Assembly (NCBI GenBank): GCA_963774265.1 | Contig: CAVZDU010000008.1 | Coordinates: forward strand, 96,001 to 160,000 | DNA length: 64,000 nt | Direction of reading: 5' to 3' | Origin: an uncultured Chloroflexia bacterium | GTDB taxonomy: Bacteria; Chloroflexota; Anaerolineae; CG2-30-64-16 | Shown: one piece after another, positions 32,165 through 43,152 of the stretch | How the letters are laid out: every line of letters begins with the position of its first letter | How positions within the stretch are numbered: the first letter of the stretch is position 1 | Position numbers and translations under genes: made by a program | The notes under the pieces: model-generated | Database searches by the model: none | What the model was told of the DNA's origin: nothing | The model's input: only the letters and a program-made list of their open reading frames with translations

Positions 32165-33562
32165 CTAGTCCTCCGGAGCAACCTCTGTGCTGCTTGCGAC
32201 CTCAGTGGCGACCGCGGCTACGCTTTCCGCGCCCGCAATGCCTTCTGTAGGTGCAACCGTCGCCGCTCCTGCCAGGCCCGTTGCGATCGCGCGCAGCCGC
32301 TCAAGCGTTTTCGACGTTCGCAGATCTTGTCGAATAATTGCGCGGCCCTGTTCGGTGCCGAACGCGTCGAGGATTGCCTTCTTGGTCTCCTCGCTTTCTG
32401 TTTGGCTGCCCATGCGCTGCAGATCGGCCTCTACTTCTTCGTCCGCGACCTCGATCCCCTCACGCAGCGCCAACTCAGCCAACACTAACCGCGCTTTCAC
32501 GCGTCTCTCTGCAACCGGCATCAGCTCCTGCTCGTACTGCTGAACGGTCTTCCCCTGCAGCCGCAGCGAGTCCTCGAGCGTGTAGCCGACGTTTTTCATC
32601 CGCTGTTCCATGTCGTGCAGCATCTCGTGCACCGTTTCATGGACCGCGATCGGCGGGAAGGCAAGCTTCGCCTTCTCGATCAGCGCCTCGACGGCATCAT
32701 CGTTCAGCTTGTTGATGGCCTCAGTCTCGCGCTGCTTGCGAAGCTCATCCAGCTTCTTCGCGCGATAATCGGCCAGGTCACTGTACTCGCCAAGCGACTG
32801 TGCAAATGCGTCGTTCAACTCCGGCAGGATTTTTGCGCGCACTTCCTTAACCTGAACCTTGAAGTGCGCAGTCTGACCCTTGTACTTGGAAAGGGAATCT
32901 TCAGGATAAGTGATCTCGAATTCCTTCTCATCACCCGCGGACAGGCCTACAAACGACTCATCAAAACCCGGCAGCCAGCCGCTCTCACCACGCAACGTCA
33001 ATTCCCAATCCTGGTTGTCCATGATGGAGTTCTCGCCGACCTTGCCGACAATGTCCACCTTAACGATGTCATCCAACGCCGCGGCGCGTTCCACGACCTC
33101 ATGGCTCATGCGCGATGAGCGCGCTTGTTCCAGAGTTGCGTCGACATCCACCTCACTGACCTCAGCGGCCGCAGCCTCGACGCGCAGATCGCTGTAATCT
33201 CCCAGGTCCACCGTAGGTCGCAAAGGAACAACCAACTGGAACTTGATCACCGGATCAACGTCGACGTTCTCGAGCGATGCCTGACCGTAAGGATCCAGAT
33301 TGTGGCTATCCAGAACTTCCGCGTAGACTTCTTGCCCCAGGTCATCCACGATCTCATTGAGCAATGATGGCTTGCCATACATACGAACGACGGTCGCGAA
33401 TGGGGCTTTGCCCGGTCGGAAGCCAGGGATACGGGCTTTCTTTGAAACGAGCCGGACCGCGCGTTGCAGCGCCTGCTCGGTGCGCTCGGGGCCCAGCTCG
33501 ATGGTCAGATCTAGCTGATGGTCGTTGCGCGGGGTTGTGGTGACGATCAATTCTTCGGCCAA
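32165..33562 (-). CDS. tig: Trigger factor
   Basis: IPGFRPGKAP; TTG start with GGAGG RBS; tig-clpP-clpX synteny. Confidence 0.93.
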   Translation of the reverse strand: MAEELIVTTTPRNDHQLDLTIELGPERTEQALQRAVRLVSKKARIPGFRPGKAPFATVVRMYGKPSLLNEIVDDLGQEVYAEVLDSHNLDPYGQASLENVDVDPVIKFQLVVPLRPTVDLGDYSDLRVEAAAAEVSEVDVDATLEQARSSRMSHEVVERAAALDDIVKVDIVGKVGENSIMDNQDWELTLRGESGWLPGFDESFVGLSAGDEKEFEITYPEDSLSKYKGQTAHFKVQVKEVRAKILPELNDAFAQSLGEYSDLADYRAKKLDELRKQRETEAINKLNDDAVEALIEKAKLAFPPIAVHETVHEMLHDMEQRMKNVGYTLEDSLRLQGKTVQQYEQELMPVAERRVKARLVLAELALREGIEVADEEVEADLQRMGSQTESEETKKAILDAFGTEQGRAIIRQDLRTSKTLERLRAIATGLAGAATVAPTEGIAGAESVAAVATEVASSTEVAPED

Positions 33563-33585
33563 GGGAATACCTCCGCAAACATCTA

Positions 33586-33640
33586 AACGAGTAACCAGCA
33601 AAGAGCAGAACCCTGTTTCGCTCTTTGCTCGTTACTCGTT
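33586..33640. terminator. Long hairpin between mutL and tig
   Basis: AACGAGTAAC-C-AGCAAAGAGC / GCTCTTTGCT-C-GTTACTCGTT. Confidence 0.55.
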
Positions 33641-33677
33641 ACCGCAATTATACGCGATTTCATCTGGAGCGAGAAAT

Positions 33678-35531
33678 TTACGGCCGACCGAACTGCTTCG
33701 CCAGGTCTGCCGCGCTCATATACACCATAGTCGGTCGGCCGTGAGGACACGTGCGCGGAGAACGACACGCCTCCAGCCGCCTCACCAACTCCTGCATTTC
33801 GGGCATGCTCATCGGCGTGTTGCCCTTAATCGCCGCGCGCTTGCAAATGAGGGTCACCAACCGCGCCTCGTGTGTCGTTTCGACGACATCATCCCGCTGC
33901 GCCAACCCATCCAGGATTTCGACCACCGCTCGCTCTGGCTGGCCGCCATCTCGCGCCAGTACCGCGGGCACGCTGCGCAGGAGATACGAAGCACCACCGA
34001 ATGGCTCCAGCGCCAGCCCCAACTGGGACAGTGTATCAAGCTCCTCCGCAATCACAGCAGCATGTTCGGGCGAAAGGTCAACGACTAATGGCTCCAGCAG
34101 AGGCTGCACCGCAAGCCTGTTGGCCGCGTGATCTGCCAGCATTTGCTCGTAGAGCACGCGCTCGTGCGCTGCATGCTGGTCGACCAAATACATGCCGTCC
34201 GGGCCTTCAGCCACAATGTAGGTCGCGGCCATCTGCCCCACGACGCGAAGGATGGGCATCAGTCGGGTTTGATCGAGTTGCGATGATGGAGGGATGCTCG
34301 TAGCAGCAACCACAGGGGCAACGTCTGAGCCCTTCCAACCCCCGCTTGCACCTCCCCACTCATCGTGGCGCAGGGGCATTGGGACCTGGCTCCCGCGACC
34401 GGCAGCCAGAAGGGCATCCCTCCGCCCGGTCCAACCTTCACCGCCAAAGGGAGTTGCCGCACCGACCTCGTGGGGCCATGCGCTGGGTGTGCCAGTAGCG
34501 TCTGCATCGGCGCGCGGGATCGGTGCATACTCGACCAACGCGCGACGCACTGTTTTCTGCACTGCGCTGAAGACCGCGTTCGGCTCACGGAAACGCACTT
34601 CTGCCTTGGTCGGGTGAACGTTAACGTCCACATCCTCCGTGTCGATCTCCAGGAAGATGACCGCGACAGGATAGCGGCCCACGGGCAGCAGCGTATGGTA
34701 CGCTTGAACCACAGCGTAGGCGATAGAGGTGTCTTGGAACCAGCGCCGGTTGACAAAGAGGGTGATGAGGCCGCGATTGCCGCGGTGAAGCGATGGCGCA
34801 CCGACATACCCCGAAACCCCTGGACCCATTCGGGTATTCGTCTCCCCATTGCCGCTAGCCCCTACCTCGATCATTTGCTTCGCCATTTCCAGACCGTACA
34901 CGCGCGCGAGCACATCAACCAGTTTGCCTGTTCCTGTGGACTGAAACAGCAGTTTGCCGTCGGAGAGCAGGGACAAGCGTCTCTCGGGATAGGCCAGGGC
35001 GTAGCGGGTGACGACCTGCTGGATGTGTGCAGCCTCAGTAGCCGGCTGTTTGAGGAACTTGAGTCTCGCCGGCACATTGGCGAAGAGATGCTCGACGGTG
35101 ATCGTTGTACCAGGGGGCGCGCCTGCCAGGCTATGCTCCACCTCGCGGCCTTCAGCGAGACGAATGAAGGTCCCCGCGTCGGCATCGACCGTGCGCGTCA
35201 GGACGGTGACCTGCGCGACCGATGCGATGCTTGCCAGCGCCTCTCCGCGGAAGCCGAGCGTAGTGATGTGGCTCAGATCATCGGTGCTGCTGATCTTGCT
35301 CGTGGCGTGACGGAGGAACGCGACACTCGCTTCGTCCGCCGGTATGCCGCAGCCGTCATCCTGCACGCGGATCAGCCGGCGCCCGCCCTCGCGCACCTCG
35401 ATACGGATATCGGTCGCGCCGGAATCCAGGCTATTCTCAATCAGCTCTTTAACCACAGATGCAGGTCGCTCGACAACCTCGCCAGCGGCGATTTGGTTAG
35501 CGACTTCAGGGGCAAGGACACGAATAGGCAT
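33678..35531 (-). CDS. mutL: DNA mismatch repair endonuclease MutL
   Basis: IAAGEVVERP, GFRGEAL, DQHAAHER, CPHGRP. Confidence 0.97.
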   Translation of the reverse strand: MPIRVLAPEVANQIAAGEVVERPASVVKELIENSLDSGATDIRIEVREGGRRLIRVQDDGCGIPADEASVAFLRHATSKISSTDDLSHITTLGFRGEALASIASVAQVTVLTRTVDADAGTFIRLAEGREVEHSLAGAPPGTTITVEHLFANVPARLKFLKQPATEAAHIQQVVTRYALAYPERRLSLLSDGKLLFQSTGTGKLVDVLARVYGLEMAKQMIEVGASGNGETNTRMGPGVSGYVGAPSLHRGNRGLITLFVNRRWFQDTSIAYAVVQAYHTLLPVGRYPVAVIFLEIDTEDVDVNVHPTKAEVRFREPNAVFSAVQKTVRRALVEYAPIPRADADATGTPSAWPHEVGAATPFGGEGWTGRRDALLAAGRGSQVPMPLRHDEWGGASGGWKGSDVAPVVAATSIPPSSQLDQTRLMPILRVVGQMAATYIVAEGPDGMYLVDQHAAHERVLYEQMLADHAANRLAVQPLLEPLVVDLSPEHAAVIAEELDTLSQLGLALEPFGGASYLLRSVPAVLARDGGQPERAVVEILDGLAQRDDVVETTHEARLVTLICKRAAIKGNTPMSMPEMQELVRRLEACRSPRTCPHGRPTMVYMSAADLAKQFGRP

Positions 35532-35627
35532 GGGGACATTTTACCATAGGCCGGCGGGACTATCTGAACCTTGATCCGCGCCTGTTGCCTCCCGTCTGAC
35601 AACTTTCGCACAATCATTGCACAATTA

Positions 35628-35689
35628 TTGACACCGAGAACATCGCGCGCTATACTGATACATAGTCAGTTACTGACCAGCGGTCAGTA
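35628..35689 (+). promoter_or_regulatory. sigma70 promoter overlapped by two tandem TetR-type operators
   Basis: TTGACA-17-TATACT; ACTGATACATAGTCAGT (35654-35670) and TACTGACCAGCGGTCAGTA (35671-35689). Confidence 0.75.
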
Positions 35690-35812
35690 TTATCCTCATC
35701 TGCATAGGCCGCGTCCTCTTCTCATGCCGTGACACGGTCCCGCTCACGCTGCGTGGCCGTGCGTCGACGATGTTCGGTAACACGCGTAAGCGAACCAAGT
35801 GGAGTGAAGACG

Positions 35813-36487
35813 GTGGCAACGCAGGATCGCCGAGAGCAGGACCGGGCCCGTCGGAGAAAAGACATCCTTCTGTCCGCACGTGCAGTCTTCGCCCAGAATG
35901 GCTTCCATCGCGCCACAGTCGATCAAATTGCACAACATGCGGAAGTCGCCAAGGGCACGATCTACCTATACTTCGAAAACAAGGAAGCGATCCTCGCCGA
36001 TCTGGTGCTCCAGGCTCTGGCCGAGCTTCACGATCAGCTCAAGGCAGCCAGCGATGCGCGATCGCTGCTCCACCCCGACGGCCGGCTGCGTGCGATGGCC
36101 GATGCCTACCTCGCCTTCTCACAACGCTCACCAGACTATTTCCGTCTATTGACAGCATTCGACGGCGGTCACCTGGGCGTCGATCTCTCAGCCGTGCGCC
36201 GGGAGTTGATCCTGGGCGCCTCAAACCAGACCCTGGATCTCGTGACTCAGGCCATCGCGGATGGGATGGCACTGGGCATATGGGCCGCGGGCGACGCACG
36301 CCAGACGGCTGCGGTGCTCTGGGCGGGATTGAACGGCGCTCTTACGCTCCTGGCCCATCCTATCCGTCGCACCATGCTCACGCTTGACCAATCCAGTCTC
36401 TACCACGCGATGTTGGAGCTTCTGTTAAAGGGCTTAGCCTACCCTGACGAAACGCCGAACAGGTCAGAAAAGGAGATAATGGCATGA
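35813..36487 (+). CDS. TetR/AcrR family regulator
   Basis: GFHRATVDQIA..AEVAKGTIYLYFENKE; GTG start after GGAG. Confidence 0.9.
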   Translation: MATQDRREQDRARRRKDILLSARAVFAQNGFHRATVDQIAQHAEVAKGTIYLYFENKEAILADLVLQALAELHDQLKAASDARSLLHPDGRLRAMADAYLAFSQRSPDYFRLLTAFDGGHLGVDLSAVRRELILGASNQTLDLVTQAIADGMALGIWAAGDARQTAAVLWAGLNGALTLLAHPIRRTMLTLDQSSLYHAMLELLLKGLAYPDETPNRSEKEIMA

Positions 36488-37694
36488 AGGAAGTCGTCAT
36501 CGCCAACCCGTTGCGCACCGCCAACGGCAGCTTCGGCGGCGCGTTCAAGACCGTGCCTGCCTACGATCTGGCGAAGATCGTCATGCAGCGCGTCATCGCC
36601 GATGCCGGCATCGATCCCGGCCAACTGGATGAGGTGATCTTCGGCAACATCGGCCAGCCGTCCGAGGCGGCCAACATCGCCCGCGTCGCCGCGCTCTACG
36701 CCGGCATCCCCGAACACGTCCCGGCCTACACGGTGCAGCGCAACTGCGCCTCGTCCATGCAGGCCATCACGTCGCGCCTACCAGGCCATCCAGGTCGGCG
36801 ACGGCGAGCTGTTCCTGGTGGGCGGCACCGAGAACATGAGCCAGATCCCCTACGTGATCAAGGGCGCGCGCTGGGGCCTGAAGCTGCGCCACGCCGAGCT
36901 CACCGACGCGCTGTGGGAAGGCCTGACCGATCCCACCTGCAACCTGATCATGGGCGGCACGGCCGAGAACCTGGCCGAGCAGTACAGCGATCACCCGCGA
37001 GGAGCAGGACCAGTACGCCGTGCAAGAGCCACAAGAAGGCGTTCATGGCCACCCGCATGGGCAAGTTCAAGGACGAGATCGTGCCGGTCGAGGTGGTCAA
37101 GAAGGCGGCGGGCCAGGAGGTGGCCAAGGAGACCATCACCCAGGACGAGAGCATCAACCCCGGCCTGACCGTGCAGAAGGCGGCGCTCTACCCCACCGTC
37201 TTCAAGAAGGACGGCACCGTGACGCCGGCCAACGCCTGCCCCATGAACGACGGCGCGGCGGCCATGCTGGTGACGACCGCCGAACGGGCCGAGAAGCTCG
37301 GCCTGAAGCCGATGGCGCGCATCCTGGGCTACGGCTACACCGGCGTCAGCCCGGCCTATATGGGCATCGGCCCGGCCACCGCGCTGCCCAAGGCGCTGGC
37401 CCGCGCGGGCCTGAAATATGACCAGCTCGATCTGGTGGAGCTCAACGAGGCGTTCGCCGCGCAGTCGCTGGCCGTGGGCAAGCAAGATGACCGCAGGACG
37501 GCCACGGCTGGGACTGGGAGAAGACCAACGTCAACGGCGGCGCCATCGCGCTGGGCCACCCGGTCGGCCAGTCGGGCGCGCGCATCGTCGTCACCCTGCT
37601 GCACGAGATGAAGCGCCGCAACAGCCGCTACGGCGCGGCCACCCTCTGCGTCGGCGGCGGCCAGGGCGCGGCGTTGATCGTCGAACGGCTCTAG
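36484..37694 (+). CDS. Acetyl-CoA acyltransferase (thiolase); about 3 frameshifts
   Basis: [33 protein letters not shown]. Confidence 0.88.
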
Positions 37695-37785
37695 AATCGT
37701 GAGTACAAGATTGAAGATTGTCTGAAGCGTCACGGTCTTCAGTCTGCAATCTTCAATCTTCGCATGCACCGCAAAGGAGGAGACC

Positions 37786-39001
37786 ATGTACATCTTCAAA
37801 GCCGGCGTCGTCGGCGCCGGGACGATGGGCGGGGAGATCGCCCAGGTCATCAGCTTCAGCGGCCTGCCGGTGGTGCTGAAGGACGTCGACCAGGAGATGC
37901 TCGACAAGGGCATGGAGACCATCCGGCACATCTACCAGAGCCGGGTGGACAAGGGCAAGATGAGCGCCGGCGAGATGGAGAGCAAGATGGCCCTGATCGA
38001 GCCGACCCTCACCTACGACAGCTTCGCCGACGTGGATATCGTCATCGAGGCCGTGCCGGAGAAGATGGCGATCAAGAAGCAGGTGCTGGCCGAGCTGGAC
38101 GCCGTGCTGCCCGAGACGGCGATCTTCGCCAGCAACACCTCGGCGCTTTCGATCAGCGAGATGGCCGCGGCCACGAAGCGGCCGGGCAAGGTGATCGGGA
38201 TGCACTTCTTCAACCCGGCCCACGTGATGAAGCTGGTGGAGATCATCCCCGGCCTGGAGACCGCGCAGGAGACGATCGACGATGTGGTCGATGTTCACCG
38301 AGTCGCTGCGCAAGCTGCCAGTCGTCGTGCAGGAGTGCCCCGGCTTCCTGGTCAACCGGCTGCTCATGCCCTACCTGAACGAGGCGACCTGGTGTCTTGC
38401 AGGAAGGCGCGGCCACGGCCACCGAGATCGACGCGGCCATCGATCGAATTCGGCATGCCGATGGGGCCGTTCACGCTGATGGACATGTTGGGCATCGACG
38501 TCTGCCAGTACGTCGGCGACTACATGGCTCAGCGAGTATGGCCCGCGGATGGACGCGCGGCGCCCTGTTCAAGAAGCTGGTCGAGGCCGGCCGCCTGGGC
38601 GAGAAGAACGGCAAGGGCTTCTACGGCTACGGCGACGAGACCGACGAGCCGGTCAAGGAGATGATCGCCTCGTTCGGCACGACTCCGAACAGCGTCTTCA
38701 GCGTCGAGCGGGTGATCTATCCGCTGATCAACGAGGCGATCCTGGCCTGCAGGAGCACATCGCCTCGGTCAACGATATCGACATGGCGATGATCGCCGGC
38801 ACCGGCATGACCTATCACGGCGAGCGCAAGGGGCCGTTGGCCATCGCCGACGAGATCGGCCTGGATGTCGTGCTGGCGGGGCTGGAGAAGTTCTTTGCCC
38901 AATACGGCGAGCGCTTCCGCCCGGCCCGCCTGCTGCGCACCAAAGTCCGCGCCGGCCACCTGGGGGTGAAGGTGGGGCGCGGATTCCACGAGTACGCGTA
39001 A
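37786..39001 (+). CDS. 3-hydroxyacyl-CoA dehydrogenase with duplicated C-terminal domain; multiple frameshifts
   Basis: GAGTMG, EAVPE, SNTSALS, GMHFFNPA, PGFLVNR, MGPF, then a second NDIDMAM..GPL repeat. Confidence 0.85.
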
Positions 39002-39019
39002 AGAAAGGAGTTCGTCACT

Positions 39020-39810
39020 ATGGCAGAGTACACCAACGTATCGCATGGCGCATCGAAGATCGCGTCGCCGTCCTGACGATCGACCACCCGCCGGCCAACG
39101 CATTCAACCGCGCCACCATCGCCGAACTGGACGCCGCGATGGACGAGCTGATCGCCAACGACCAGGTCAAGGTGATCATCATCACCGGCGCGGGCGAGTT
39201 CGCCTTCGTGGCCGGCGCCGACATCAACGAGATCAGCCAGGTGAAAGACGGCTGCCGAGGCGCTGGCGTTCATCAACCTGGGGCAGGGAGTCTTCAACAA
39301 GATCGAAGGCTCGCCCCAAGCCGGTCATCGCGGCCATCAACGCGGTGGCGCTGGGCGGCGGGCTGGAGCTGGCGATGGCCTGCCACATCCGCATCATTGG
39401 CCGATCGCGCCCGCGTGGGCCAGCCGGAAAGCAACCTGGGCATCATCCCCGGCTGGGGCGGCACGCAGCGCCTGCCGCGGCTGGTCGGGCCGGCCAAGGC
39501 CATCGAGCTGATCCTGACCGGCGATATGATCAACGCCCAGGAGGCATTCCGCCTGGGACTGGCCAACAAGGTCGTGCCGGCCGGCCAGGTGCTGGCCGAG
39601 GCAAAGGGACTGGCCAAGAAGATCGCCGCGAAGAGCAAGCTGACCAACGAGGCCACCCTCAAGGCGGTGATCGGCGGGCTGAAGGAGTCGCTGATCGACG
39701 GCCTTGCACTGGAAGCCGACCAGTTCACCAAGCTGATCGGCAGCCACGACACAACAGAGGGGGTTTCCGCGTTTCTGCAGAAGCGCCAGGCCAAGTTCAC
39801 GGATAGTTGA
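39020..39810 (+). CDS. Enoyl-CoA hydratase (crotonase); frameshifted
   Basis: FVAGADI, ALGGGLELAMAC, GQPESNLGIIPGWGGTQRL. Confidence 0.88.
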
Positions 39811-39940
39811 CTAGCGTGTCAGGGATCAGGTGTCAGGGATCGGTCATGCGGCCTCGTCTGACCTGGCTCCTGTCCCTAAAGCCCGTAATCCTTACAAAAG
39901 GATCTCTTTCAAAATGGAAATCGACTAAATGGGAGACTCG

Positions 39941-41903
39941 ACTGAATGGACCGCAAATTGCGGTCTTCATCGACTTCGAGAACGTTGCAACCTCGGCAGA
40001 GGCCAATTCGGCGATTTCGACGTAACTGCGGTGATGGATCTGCTGCGCACGCGCGGCCGGCTGCTCATCAAGCGTGCATACGGCGATTGGGGACGTTTCC
40101 ACCGCTACCGCCGAGCCATGCTGGAGAACGGGATCGACCTGTTCCAGCTCTACTCGGTCGGCATTCAACAGAAGAATCGAGCCGATGTTCGCCTGGCGAT
40201 TGATGCCATGGAAACCGTCTTCACTCGGCCCAATATCGACGTCTATGCAATCGTCTCCGGTGATAGCGATTTCACCGAACTGATCCACAAGCTGCGCGAC
40301 TACGGCAAGTACACCATCGGCATCGGCCTGCACTCGGCGACCAGCGACCTGTTGCGCCGCGCGTGCGACGAGTTCATCTTCTACGAGACGCTGGTGGCCG
40401 AGGAGCTATCGACGACATCGCCGACGAGCTGCAGCTGCCCGACCCGCGCGATCTGCTGCGCCGCGCACTCGATGGCCGCCGAGCAGAAGGGCGAGACGCC
40501 GGTCTTCGCCGGCCGGCTGAAGCAGATCATGCTGAGTCTGGATTCATCGTTCAACGAGGCCAACTACGGCTACCAGCAGTTTCGTGCCTTCCTGGAGGGG
40601 CAGCTCAATCTGATTACCCTTCAAGAGATCGATTCTCAACTCTATGTGAAGCTTCGAAAAGCCGGCGATCCGCCGGCATCCCCTGCCTCGCTGGCTGAGT
40701 CGAGCGCGCCTTCGATCGCTAAGCCCATTAGCGAGGTCGATCCCAGTCAACGCTTTCGCAGCTTTCTTCGCGAAGCCGGCCTGCGGGTCATCGACTATGC
40801 AACCCGGCGCCAGGTGCTGGCTGACTTCCTGTCGGCCGTCCAGTCGTCACTCGAGTCGCTATCGCTGAACCAGGCCGCCGATCTGCTGAAGGATCGCTAC
40901 GACGCTGAAAACGCCTTGACCCAAAAAATCGCAGTTGGCGAAGTGATGCGGCTTCTGATCATGAGCGGCGCGCTTCGCTACCAGGGGAATCAACCCGCCA
41001 GCGACGCACAGCTACTCGAGACTCAACTGCTAACACTCGACAGCCTCAGTCCCGGTTGCGACTCAGTGTATGTCACGCGCTTGGTTGAGGGAGGAGTGCC
41101 CGTCGACGCCGAGGCCCTTGCACCACTATTATACGGTTCCGGAGCGTCGGCTGGCCAGGTCATGACCCTCTGTGAACGTCTGACTGCGTCAGGGTGCCTG
41201 GTGCTGACCGACGGGGGATGCACCATTGCGCCTGCGCGCGATCGACGGATTTCTTGCCCGAGAGGAGTTGTCGCTGGCAGCGGGCAGCCTGAAGCGTGTG
41301 ACGTTGCCCGCAGGCGAGCCGTCGGTCGCCATGGCCGAGAGCCTTTTCCGCGAGGCGTCGGACCTGCGACAGAAGGACTTCGCCGGCAGCGCGCAGCGTT
41401 ATCTGCAGGCGGCACGCATCCAACTCGATGCAGTACGCGCAGGCCAACCGCGCGCCGGCTTTGACGACCTGAAGTGGTACCTCGCCAGCTACTGCTCAGT
41501 CAAGGCCGGCCACGCCTTCGTCTCAGGCAACTACGGGGAGGCCGTGCCGTTCTACCTGGCCTTCTTTGGTCTGGCGCAGGAAGCCGATTGCGTCTGGCCG
41601 CGCATCCAGCGGTTGGTCAACCCCATGGCCAGCTACTATTTCGCCATCGCCGGGAAACGGCTGAACGAACCCGTGCCGCAGAACCTGGGCCGCTCCCCCG
41701 CCGCACAAGTCGCACTGCGCATACATAACCACGTCAATCCTCAGGTAGGGCTGGCGTGGGAGGATCTGATGCGCCTTCTTGCGCGGATCAACCTCGGCAT
41801 GGTTCGCATGACATTCCGCGAGCTCACCGGTTTAGCCGGGCCGATCACCCACATGGGCGATCCCGCGCGTGTCGAACGGACACGCGTTTTCTTGACGGCC
41901 TGA
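39941..41903 (+). CDS. NYN (LabA/DUF88) nuclease domain + OST-HTH/LOTUS + helical C-terminal extension; frameshifted, start uncertain
   Basis: IAVFIDFEN, RAYGDW, KNRAD, SGDSDF; SFNEANYGYQQFRAFL. Confidence 0.75.
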
Positions 41904-41975
41904 TCCATAATGGCCAGGACGCACCCATTCTGATCACAGTAGGGAATACAGTCGTTCCTTGAGAAAGGAGCCGCC

Positions 41976-43142
41976 ATGGACTTCACGTTGACCGAAGAAC
42001 AGCAGATGTTTCAAAAGCTATTTCGTGATTTTGCGGCCAAAGAGGTCGCCAAGGTGGCGGATCAGACGGACAAAAAAGAGGAGCATCCGGCCAAACTGAT
42101 CAAGCGTGCGGCTGGCCAGGGTTTCCTGGGCGCACTTGCTCCCGAGGAACCCTATGGCGGCGCAGGCCTGGACTTCATCAGCTGCACCCTGCTCATCGAA
42201 GCAATGGCAGCCGAATGCACCAGCACGGCGCTGATTCTCCACGTGCACAACGTTCTCGTGTTGCGCACGATCGTCAAGCATGGCAGCGCTCCGGTCAAGG
42301 AAGCTATCGTACCGGAGATGATCAGCGGTGACCGTCTCGGCGCGTTTGCTTTGACTGAGAGCGGCGCAGGCAGCGATCCGACGCGACTCCGTACCACGGC
42401 ATGTAAAGACGGCGAGAGTTACGTCATCACCGGAAATAAGGCGTGGGTGTCCAATGGCGGCATCGCGGGCGTCTTCATTGTCTTTGCAGCAACAGATACT
42501 TCGGCAGGCGCCAAGGGCCTCACCGCGTTCGTCGTCCCAGCCGAAGCCGAAGGCGTAATCATCGGAGGTCGCGAGAAGACCTTGGGCCTCCGCGGCGCCA
42601 CCATCAATCGCGTCTACCTGAAGGGTGTACGTGTGCCGACAGATCACCTGCTCGGTGGCGAAGGCAGCGGATATAAGGTTGCATTGGAAACGCTGGATTA
42701 CGGCCGTGTGGGCATTTCGGCGGCTGCCGTCGGCATGAGCCGCAAAGTCGTCGAGCTGGCGACCAGGTACGCGACTGAGCGCATCCAGTTCGGCGCGGCC
42801 ATCGCCAATAAACAGGCCATCCAGATGTACCTGGCCGACGCTGCGACAGAGGTACAGGCCAGCCAGTGGCTGGTGCTCCATGCGGCGTGGCTTGCTGATC
42901 GGGGCCTGCCCTTCTCACAGGAAGCGGCCATGGCTAAGCTCTTCTCGGCGCGCATGGCCAGTGAGGTGACGAACAAGATGGTTCAGGTGCATGGCGGCGC
43001 AGGCTTCAGCGCCGATTATCCCATCGAGCGATACTACCGCGACGCACGCGCCATGGAGCTTGTCGAAGGCACGTCACAGATGCAGCAAATCGTCATTGCC
43101 GGCGGTCTGCTGGGTCCTCTGGGCGTCAAAGTGAGGCCGTAG
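41976..43142 (+). CDS. Acyl-CoA dehydrogenase
   Basis: ALTESGAGSD, GNKAWVSNG, QVHGG, YRDAR..VEGT. Confidence 0.92.
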   Translation: MDFTLTEEQQMFQKLFRDFAAKEVAKVADQTDKKEEHPAKLIKRAAGQGFLGALAPEEPYGGAGLDFISCTLLIEAMAAECTSTALILHVHNVLVLRTIVKHGSAPVKEAIVPEMISGDRLGAFALTESGAGSDPTRLRTTACKDGESYVITGNKAWVSNGGIAGVFIVFAATDTSAGAKGLTAFVVPAEAEGVIIGGREKTLGLRGATINRVYLKGVRVPTDHLLGGEGSGYKVALETLDYGRVGISAAAVGMSRKVVELATRYATERIQFGAAIANKQAIQMYLADAATEVQASQWLVLHAAWLADRGLPFSQEAAMAKLFSARMASEVTNKMVQVHGGAGFSADYPIERYYRDARAMELVEGTSQMQQIVIAGGLLGPLGVKVRP

Positions 43143-43152
43143 GAGGATACCT

